Origin: an uncultured Alphaproteobacteria bacterium
GTDB taxonomy: Bacteria; Pseudomonadota; Alphaproteobacteria; Rickettsiales; UBA1997
Length of the DNA stretch: 64,000 nt
Direction of reading: 5' to 3'
NCBI GenBank assembly: GCA_903937405.1
Contig: CAIZZE010000008.1
Coordinates: forward strand, 8,641-72,640
Positions 19,634 through 26,507 of the stretch are shown here, piece after piece. Both the position numbers and the translations under genes were made by a program. The notes under the pieces are model-generated. The model was not told the DNA's origin, ran no database searches, and was given only the letters and a program-made list of their open reading frames with translations. Position 1 is the first letter of the stretch. Every line of letters begins with the position of its first letter.

Positions 19634-19929
19634 GGAAAAATTACGACAGATAATGTAAGTTGTGCCAAGCGTTACAGCGTCATTATCCGAGAAATTTTTA
19701 CCAAAAAGACGAAGCTTAATTGGGAGTATAACACTCACTTTTTGACCGCAACTTGGTATTAAATGTTTTGGCAAAAAAACAAACGGCAGAAAAATTTTGT
19801 GAATTAATAAGCCAAAATATTGGCAAATTTGAAATTGCAAAACCTTGGCGTTACGTTATTGTTCCAACTAACCGAATTAAAATTACTGCCACAATCGATG
19901 TTTTGCTTGGCTTTTTGGATAAAAATTAA
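19634..19929 (+). pseudogene. remnant of the C-terminus of a restriction-type helicase/endonuclease subunit (frameshifted, no start)
   Basis: Start-less open frame 19732-19929 reads ...[38 protein letters not shown]...*. This resembles the (AK..AA..WC......W.Y.LV) tail I recall from type III Res / type I HsdR-like proteins. An upstream piece (19634-19762) lies in another frame. Recognition is from memory only. Confidence 0.3.
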
Positions 19930-19981
19930 TGAACTAGCAAAATTCGCGACCAATTCAAAAAAAACTAATCAAAAAAAACTT

Positions 19982-21139
19982 ATGAAACAAATCGAAATTA
20001 CTAAGCAACTTGTTAAAGACCATAATTTAACTGAAGGCGAATATGCCAAAGTTTTAGAAATTTTAGGGCGCGTGCCAACAATTACCGAACTTGGAATTTT
20101 TTCGGCAATGTGGTCGGAACATTGTTCTTATAAATCGACTAAAAAACATTTGAAAACCATGCATACAAGCGCGCCGTGGGTTATTTGCGGACCGGGTGAA
20201 AATGCTGGCGTAATTGATATTGGCGACGGACAAGCCGTAATTTTTAAAATGGAAAGCCACAATCACCCATCTTTCATCGAGCCTTATCAAGGTGCGGCGA
20301 CTGGTGTTGGTGGAATTTTACGCGACGTTTTCACAATGGGTGCGCGCCCAATTGCTAACTTAAACGCGCTGCGTTTTGGCGATATTAATCATCCAAAAAC
20401 CAAACAATTAGTTAACGGCGTTGTTTCTGGAATTGGTGGTTACGGCAATTGTGTTGGCGTTCCAACTGTTGGCGGCGAAGTTACTTTTGATAAAAGTTAT
20501 AATGGCAATATAATCGTAAATGCGATGACGGTTGGTTTAGCTGATTCGGATAAAATTTTCTATTCTGCTGCTTCTGAAATTGGTGCATCAGTGGTTTATG
20601 TTGGTTCAAAAACCGGTCGCGATGGCATTAATGGCGCGGTTATGGCGTCCGACGAATTTAAAGAAGGTGACGAAGATAAACGCCCAACTGTTCAAGTGGG
20701 AGATCCTTTTGCTGAAAAACTTTTACTCGAAGCCTGCATGGAATTGATGCAGTCAGATTGCATTCTTTCAATTCAAGATATGGGAGCAGCTGGTTTGACT
20801 TCTTCATCTTTTGAAATGTCGGGCAAAGGCGGCACTGGAATTGAGCTTAATTTAGAAAATGTGCCGCAACGCGAAACCGGCATGACACCTTATGAAATCA
20901 TGCTTTCTGAATCTCAGGAAAGAATGTTGATGATTATCAAACCGGAACGCGAAGATTTTGCGAAACAAATTTTCGAAAAATGGGGACTTGATTTTGCTGT
21001 AATCGGAATTGTAACTAATAGCGGACGTGTAGTTATTAAAATGAATGGTGAAGTTTACGCCGATATTCCATCAGAACCACTTTCTGAAAGCGCTCCGGAA
21101 TATGATCGCCCTTGGATTGATACTAGAACTAAAAATTAA
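19982..21139 (+). CDS. purL: phosphoribosylformylglycinamidine synthase subunit PurL, N-terminal half only (385 aa)
   Basis: [40 protein letters not shown] and DMGAAGL. Ends at ...[15 protein letters not shown] in the inter-half linker. Start at ATG 19982. Confidence 0.9.
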   Translation: MKQIEITKQLVKDHNLTEGEYAKVLEILGRVPTITELGIFSAMWSEHCSYKSTKKHLKTMHTSAPWVICGPGENAGVIDIGDGQAVIFKMESHNHPSFIEPYQGAATGVGGILRDVFTMGARPIANLNALRFGDINHPKTKQLVNGVVSGIGGYGNCVGVPTVGGEVTFDKSYNGNIIVNAMTVGLADSDKIFYSAASEIGASVVYVGSKTGRDGINGAVMASDEFKEGDEDKRPTVQVGDPFAEKLLLEACMELMQSDCILSIQDMGAAGLTSSSFEMSGKGGTGIELNLENVPQRETGMTPYEIMLSESQERMLMIIKPEREDFAKQIFEKWGLDFAVIGIVTNSGRVVIKMNGEVYADIPSEPLSESAPEYDRPWIDTRTKN

Positions 21140-21165
21140 AATAAGATTAGCTGTAAATACAGTGT

Positions 21166-21307
21166 GAGATTTTGGTGATAAGATCGAGCCAGCGTCTCGA
21201 CGACCTAAAATATGTAACGCTCGACGAAAATAAAAAAGTTTAGGTCGTCGAGCAAAGCGCTTCAGCGCGTCGTCGAGACGCTAGCTCGATCTCACCAAAC
21301 CAATCTC
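21166..21307. repeat. 142-bp palindromic element family HP3
   Basis: About 40-bp imperfect terminal inverted repeats, GAGATTTTGGTGATAAGATCGAGCCAGCGTCTCGACGAC ... GTCGTCGAGACGCTAGCTCGATCTCACCAAACCAATCTC, with an inner palindrome GACGACCTAAA...TTTAGGTCGTC. Single copy in this window, 27 bp after the stop of the purL N-half. Confidence 0.85.
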
Positions 21308-21322
21308 TTAAACAAATTCTAA

Positions 21323-22546
21323 ATGAAAATCCTCAAAAAAATTCGCACCTCGCTTTATCTTCAAGTTTTAATTGCTGTAATTTTTGCAATCATTTTTGGC
21401 ATATTTTCCCCACAAGCTGCACAAAACATGAAGCCTTTGGGAGATGGCTTTATTGCCTTAATTAAAATGTGCGTCCCGCCAATTATTTTCTGCACAATTG
21501 TGAGCGGAATTGTTGGTGGCGCTGATTTAAAAAAAATTGGCAAAGTCGGTTTAAAAACTTTGATTTATTTTGAAGTTTTAACCACAATTGCTTTAGTGAT
21601 TGGTTTAGCAGTTTCACATTTTATTGCGCTGGGCAAAGGCATGAATATTGATGTTGCAACTCTTGATCCAAATACAGTTGCAGCTTATGTAAAACCTCAC
21701 TCCGGCTTTGTAGAATTTCTTTTAAACATCATTCCAACCACAATTTTTCAGGCTTTTGTCAGCGGCGAAATTTTGCCAATTTTACTTGTGGCAATTCTTT
21801 TTGGTTTCGCTTTATCAGCCTTAGAAAATCGCTCTAAACTTGTAATTGAAGGCATTCATGAAATTTCAGAAATCCTTTTTAAAATAATTTCTTTCATCAT
21901 GAAGCTCGCACCAATTGGCGCTTTTGGTGCGATGAGTTTTACAATTGGAAAATATGGAATTGATGCGCTTGCGCCTCTCGCAAAGCTGATGCTCGCATTT
22001 TACGCCACCTGCATTTTATTTGTGATTTGTGTTTTGGGTTTGGTTCTAAAAATTTGCGGCTCCAGCATTTTCAAGCTTTTATCTCACATTAAAGAAGAAA
22101 TTTTTTTGGTACTCGGAACTTCATCTTCCGAATCAGCATTACCAGGCGTGATGAAAAAAATGGAAAATTTCGGTTGTCCAAAATCAATTGTTGGTTTGGT
22201 AATTCCCGCCGGTTATTCTTTCAATCTTGATGGCACCTGTATTTATTTTACGATGGCCATTATTTTTATTGCGCAAGCCTTTAATATTGAGCTTTCGGCG
22301 GCGCAGCTTTTAAGTATAATTTTCATTTTGCTTTTCACTTCTAAAGGTGCTGCTGGCGTTACTGGAAGCGGCTTTGTGACTTTGGCGGCAACTTTATCGG
22401 TTGTACATACAATTCCACTAGCCGGACTGGCGATAATTTTAGGAATTGATCGCTTCATGTCGGAAGCGCGTGCGATTACAAATCTCATTGGTAATGCAAC
22501 CGCTTGTGTGGCGGTTTCGAAATGGGAAAAAGAATTTAAGAATTAA
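21323..22546 (+). CDS. dctA: C4-dicarboxylate/amino acid:cation symporter (DAACS family)
   Basis: SLYLQVLIAVIFAIIFG...MKPLGDGFIALIKMCVPPIIFCTIVSGI matches the DctA N-terminus closely. 407 aa, polytopic. Confidence 0.9.
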   Translation: MKILKKIRTSLYLQVLIAVIFAIIFGIFSPQAAQNMKPLGDGFIALIKMCVPPIIFCTIVSGIVGGADLKKIGKVGLKTLIYFEVLTTIALVIGLAVSHFIALGKGMNIDVATLDPNTVAAYVKPHSGFVEFLLNIIPTTIFQAFVSGEILPILLVAILFGFALSALENRSKLVIEGIHEISEILFKIISFIMKLAPIGAFGAMSFTIGKYGIDALAPLAKLMLAFYATCILFVICVLGLVLKICGSSIFKLLSHIKEEIFLVLGTSSSESALPGVMKKMENFGCPKSIVGLVIPAGYSFNLDGTCIYFTMAIIFIAQAFNIELSAAQLLSIIFILLFTSKGAAGVTGSGFVTLAATLSVVHTIPLAGLAIILGIDRFMSEARAITNLIGNATACVAVSKWEKEFKN

Positions 22547-22553
22547 CTAAATC

Positions 22554-24071
22554 ATGGTTTTTAGCTCCAATATTTTTCTCTTCGCGTTTTTACCGCTAAC
22601 GCTGTTTTTCTATTTTTTATTGCCCAAAAAATTGGCGACAAAAAATGTTAGAAACGCCGTTTTACTGATTGCCAGCTTGCTTTTCTACGCTTGGGGCGAA
22701 ATGCATTATTTATGGCTTTTGCTACTTTCCATCACGGCGAATTATTTTTTCGGTATCGCAATTTATAACTCGAAAAAGCCCTCTTTGAAAAAGAGGGTGG
22801 ATGATCGCGTTAGCGATCAGACGGGTGATTTAAAATTAGCATTAAATCCTCCGGCACTGCGTGCCACCTCCTTTTTCAAAGGAGACTTTGTTGTGATCGG
22901 TTTTGCGATTACATTTAACCTAGCGCTGCTCGGTTATTTCAAATATTCCAACTTCTTAATTGAAAATTTAAACCAGCTTTTCTCGCTACAAATCACCAAT
23001 AAAAAAATCAGCCTGCCAATTGGAATTTCATTTTTCACCTTTCACGCTATTTCTTATTTAATCGATATTTATCGTAGAAAATGTCGCCCACAAAAAAATA
23101 TTTTTGATTTGGCGCTTTACATAGCTTTCTTTCCGCAGCTGATCGCTGGACCAATTGTGCGTTATAATTTTATCGAAAAATATTTGACCAAACGCAGTCA
23201 TAATTTCTTCGCTACAACTTATGGAATTCGCCGTTTTATAATTGGTTTGGGCAAAAAAGTTATCATCGCCAATCCACTTGGCGAATTTGCTGATGTGATT
23301 TTTTCTTCGCCTTTAACTGAAATAAATTCACCTTTAGCTTGGGCTGGTCTTGTTTGTTATACATTGCAAATCTATTTCGATTTTTCAGGCTATTCCGACA
23401 TGGCTGTTGGTCTAGCGCGAATGTTTGGTTTCAAATTTCCGGAAAATTTCAATTATCCTTATATTTCAAGATCAATAAAAGAATTTTGGAGAAGATGGCA
23501 CATGTCGCTTTCTGCTTGGTTTCGCGACTATGTTTATATTCCTTTAGGCGGAAATCGCGTTTCAATAACTCGTCAATATTTCAATTTAGTTTTAGTATTT
23601 TTTCTTTGCGGATTGTGGCACGGTGCAAGCTGGAATTTCATAATTTGGGGCATGTTTCACGGCGTATTTTTGGTATTTGAAAGATTAAAAGTTGGACAAA
23701 ATTTTTTAGATTTTATGCCAAAAATCATGCAGAATTTCTATGCGATTTTTGTGGTGATGATTGGCTGGGTTTTTTTCCGCAGTCCTGATTTAACTCATTC
23801 AATTGGCTTTTTAAAAACGATGTTTTTGGGAAATGAAATTGCCGCGATTTCCAATGATGTGGCAAGATTAATGAGATCGCATTTTATCTGGATGTCTTTT
23901 ATTTTGGCCTTGATTGGATTTTCACCTTTGATGAAAAAATTGGTGCAGAAATTTTCTAAAAACAGAATTTTTATGTTGAGTTTTGATGCGGCTTTAATTG
24001 CGATTTTAGTGTTATCTTTAACCAGACTTTCGGCAGCAACGCATAATCCGTTTATTTATTTTCAGTTTTAA
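22554..24071 (+). CDS. MBOAT family O-acyltransferase (AlgI/PatA-like)
   Basis: MVFSSNIFLFAFLP N-terminus, LGYFKYSNF, FFPQLIAGPI, FWRRWHMSLS and the catalytic-His region WHG. Contains an in-frame palindromic insert (see 22779-22884). Confidence 0.9.
   Translation: MVFSSNIFLFAFLPLTLFFYFLLPKKLATKNVRNAVLLIASLLFYAWGEMHYLWLLLLSITANYFFGIAIYNSKKPSLKKRVDDRVSDQTGDLKLALNPPALRATSFFKGDFVVIGFAITFNLALLGYFKYSNFLIENLNQLFSLQITNKKISLPIGISFFTFHAISYLIDIYRRKCRPQKNIFDLALYIAFFPQLIAGPIVRYNFIEKYLTKRSHNFFATTYGIRRFIIGLGKKVIIANPLGEFADVIFSSPLTEINSPLAWAGLVCYTLQIYFDFSGYSDMAVGLARMFGFKFPENFNYPYISRSIKEFWRRWHMSLSAWFRDYVYIPLGGNRVSITRQYFNLVLVFFLCGLWHGASWNFIIWGMFHGVFLVFERLKVGQNFLDFMPKIMQNFYAIFVVMIGWVFFRSPDLTHSIGFLKTMFLGNEIAAISNDVARLMRSHFIWMSFILALIGFSPLMKKLVQKFSKNRIFMLSFDAALIAILVLSLTRLSAATHNPFIYFQF
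22779..22884. repeat. palindromic element family HP5, inserted in frame in the MBOAT gene
   Basis: Arms CCCTCTTTGAAAAAGAGGGTGG and CCACCTCCTTTTTCAAAGGAG are inverted copies, and each is a hairpin. Inner hairpins are GATCGCGTTAGCGATC and GGCACTGCGTGCC. Translated as PSLKKRVDDRVSDQTGDLKLALNPPALRATSFFKG. Confidence 0.75.
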
Positions 24072-24077
24072 TTTTGA

Positions 24078-25169
24078 ATGAAACAAAACAAACTCTTAAT
24101 CACAGCTTTTGCCATAATTCTCGCGCTTCCAGCGTTGGATAGTATTTTTCATTTTTCGCCGGTTAAAGACTTGTTCGAAAAGCGTCAGCCAATTGCAAAA
24201 CCTGATTTTCCACAAAATTTTACCGAGTTAAAAACTTTTCCTAAAAATTTTGAAAAATATTTTAACGATAATTATGGATTTCGCAAAAGTCTGGTTTCGT
24301 TAAACAGTCACATGATGGACAAAGTTTTTGATGAATCTCCAGATGCGCGCGCTGTTGTTGGTAAAGATGGTTGGTTTTATTTTGATAATCATAATTCACT
24401 TCTCGATGCTCGTGGAATGGCGACAATCAGTGATGAAATGATTGAACGCGGCGTAAAATCATTTGGAGAAAACTGGAAAAAAATGCGTGAAAAAAATATC
24501 AATTATTTGCTGATAATTGCCGCCGATAAAAGTACAATTTATCCCGAGTTTTTGCCTGATTATATTAAGCCAAATGAGCCGCACAGAATTGATAAATTTT
24601 TAAATGCGCTAAAAGCAAAATATCCTGATTTTCCCGTAGTTGATTTGCGTCCGACTTTAAAAAAAGCTAAAGAAAACGAAGTAATCTACCACAAAACTGA
24701 TACGCATTGGAACAAGCGTGGCGCTCATTACGGCTATGTTGAAATTGCTAAAGCACTAAAAATAAAACCGCATTTGCGGGAAGATTTTTTAGAAAGAGAA
24801 GATGAATTTATTCGCGGTGATATTTCTGATATTATGGGCGTTGAAACTACAAATCGTAATTATGAATTAACTCCGAAATTCACCCAAACTTACCATCGCG
24901 TTATGCCAACTGCGGCAGAAATTAAGTTTTTTCACAAATTAAATTTCTTCGAAAATTCTAATAAAAATTTGCCGGTTATTTTTGGTTATCAGGATTCTTA
25001 TTTCGGCGATCTATTTGGCTATATGTCAGAACATTTTTCCAAAAGTTTTTATGATAATGAATTTCCTTGTGATCTAAACTATGAAATCCTAAAAAACTAT
25101 CATCCAAACGTTGTGATTCAAGAGTTCTGGGAAGGTAGGGTGGAAGTGGTTTTGAGTCAGTGTAAATAA
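24078..25169 (+). CDS. AlgJ/AlgX-like SGNH-fold O-acetyltransferase partner of the MBOAT protein
   Basis: N-terminal signal/anchor, GKDGWFYF, and YHKTDTHWNKRGA (DTHW catalytic block of AlgJ/AlgX). Confidence 0.75.
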   Translation: MKQNKLLITAFAIILALPALDSIFHFSPVKDLFEKRQPIAKPDFPQNFTELKTFPKNFEKYFNDNYGFRKSLVSLNSHMMDKVFDESPDARAVVGKDGWFYFDNHNSLLDARGMATISDEMIERGVKSFGENWKKMREKNINYLLIIAADKSTIYPEFLPDYIKPNEPHRIDKFLNALKAKYPDFPVVDLRPTLKKAKENEVIYHKTDTHWNKRGAHYGYVEIAKALKIKPHLREDFLEREDEFIRGDISDIMGVETTNRNYELTPKFTQTYHRVMPTAAEIKFFHKLNFFENSNKNLPVIFGYQDSYFGDLFGYMSEHFSKSFYDNEFPCDLNYEILKNYHPNVVIQEFWEGRVEVVLSQCK

Positions 25170-25180
25170 ATTAATTTCAT

Positions 25181-25240
25181 TCTTAACTCTTAAATCAAAA
25201 GCCCTTAAATTCCAAAAATCTTAAATTTTAAATCTCAAAT
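25181..25240. repeat. short tandem CTTAAAT/YCTAAAT-type heptamer motifs in the leader of the purL C-half
   Basis: CTCTTAAATC, CCCTTAAATTCC, TCTTAAATTTTAAATCTCAAAT. The same motif family occurs at 7764-7782, 28691-28718, 47963-47980 and 55364-55443. Confidence 0.5.
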
Positions 25241-25247
25241 TTCCCCA

Positions 25248-26255
25248 ATGTCTAAAGTTCTAGAAAACCTAAAAACACTTCTTCAAGTTCCTGATCTGGC
25301 ATCTAAAAAATGGATCTATGAACAATATGATTCACAAGTAATGAATGACACTCTTTACACCCGCGGCGATGCAGCAATTGTAAGGGTTCATAACACAAAT
25401 AAAGCTTTAGCAATTTCAACTGATTGCACCCCGCGTTATGTCGAAGCTGATCCTTTTGAAGGTGCTAAACAAGCGGTTGCAGAAACTTATCGCAATATTT
25501 CAGCAGTTGGTGGAAAACCTCTCGCAATCACAAATTGTTTGAATTTTGGAAATCCGCAAAAACCAGAAATTATGGGCCAAATTGTTTTGGCAATTCAGGG
25601 AATTACCGAAGCTTGCAAAGCTTTGGATTATCCGGTGGTTTCGGGAAATGTGTCGCTTTACAACGAAACTGATGGCAAAGCAATTCAGCCAACTCCAGCA
25701 ATTGGTGGCGTTGGTTTGTTGAAAGATTTAAATAAAAGATGTGACGCTAAATTTAAAATGGCAGGTGATGCAATTTTTGTAATCGGTAAAAACGAAGGTC
25801 ATTTGGGATGTTCGCTTTATGAACGTGAAATTTTGAAAATTGCGCCGCAAAAAAATCCACCTAAAGTTGATTTAGCTGAAGAAAAAAAGAACTCAGAATT
25901 TATCCGTGAATTGATTGAAAGTTCATCAATAAACGCTTGCCACGATGTTTCGGATGGTGGTCTGTTGGTTGCTTTATTTGAAATGTGTAGTGAAAAATTA
26001 GGCTGCGATCTTGATATTTCAGAATTTGTTGGTGAAGAAAATCAAATTTTATTTTCAGAAGATCAATCACGCTATGTTGTGGCTCTTGATTGTGCAATGG
26101 TTACAGAATTTAAGAAAAAAGCTGAGAAAAAAGGAGTTTCACTTGTTAAAATCGGCGAAACTTCCAAAGAAAAAATTCGTATTTCTGGAGTTGAGGTTGA
26201 AGTTAAAGAATTAACTAAACTTAACGAAATGGTTTTTGAGAAAGCGTTTTTTTAA
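25248..26255 (+). CDS. purL: phosphoribosylformylglycinamidine synthase subunit PurL, C-terminal half only (335 aa)
   Basis: Starts MSKVLENLKTLLQVPDLASKKWIYEQYDSQV. Contains AVAETYRNISAVGGKPLAITNCLNFGNP, VSGNVSLYNET and HDVSDGGL. Confidence 0.9.
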   Translation: MSKVLENLKTLLQVPDLASKKWIYEQYDSQVMNDTLYTRGDAAIVRVHNTNKALAISTDCTPRYVEADPFEGAKQAVAETYRNISAVGGKPLAITNCLNFGNPQKPEIMGQIVLAIQGITEACKALDYPVVSGNVSLYNETDGKAIQPTPAIGGVGLLKDLNKRCDAKFKMAGDAIFVIGKNEGHLGCSLYEREILKIAPQKNPPKVDLAEEKKNSEFIRELIESSSINACHDVSDGGLLVALFEMCSEKLGCDLDISEFVGEENQILFSEDQSRYVVALDCAMVTEFKKKAEKKGVSLVKIGETSKEKIRISGVEVEVKELTKLNEMVFEKAFF

Positions 26256-26278
26256 GCTAGAGTAAGTTTCAAGCTCTT

Positions 26279-26442
26279 ATGGACCCCGTCGTGAAGACGG
26301 GGTGACAGGCTTTAGGCTTGCCCGAAGGAATAAGCTTTAGGCTTAACCGAAGGAGCAAGCTTTAGCTTTGCCCGAAAGAACAAGTTAGAAGTATGTACAA
26401 AAAACATACTCAGTGTCACCCCGTCTTTACGACGGGGTCCAT
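26279..26442. repeat. palindromic element family HP4 with three internal 25-bp tandem repeats
   Basis: Arms ATGGACCCCGTCGTGAAGACGGGGTGACA ... TGTCACCCCGTCTTTACGACGGGGTCCAT. Internal repeats GCTTTAGGCTTGCCCGAAGGAATAA at 26309-26333, 26334-26358 and 26359-26383. Confidence 0.9.
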
Positions 26443-26507
26443 ACGAACTTGAAGAAAATAAAGATTCTGAGGTTTGTTATAAAGCCTCCAAACAGTATTA
26501 TTAATTC

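Noticed and set aside
19820-19981. N-terminal extension of the purL-N ORF ([10 protein letters not shown]...)
   Set aside because: It bears no resemblance to PurL and overlaps the restriction-gene remnant. The canonical PurL N-terminus begins at ATG 19982.
23339-23680. 113-aa alternative-frame ORF in the MBOAT gene
   Set aside because: It is same-strand and out of frame within a confidently assigned membrane protein gene.
19982-26255. purL as a simple frameshift/nonsense pseudogene
   Set aside because: Neither half contains a frameshift or premature stop. The halves are separated by three complete unrelated genes, so this is an insertional split, reported as a finding instead.
26309-26383. 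Three 25-bp direct repeats considered as a mini CRISPR array
   Set aside because: The repeats are contiguous with no spacers. There are only three units, they are nested inside a palindromic element, and no cas genes are nearby.
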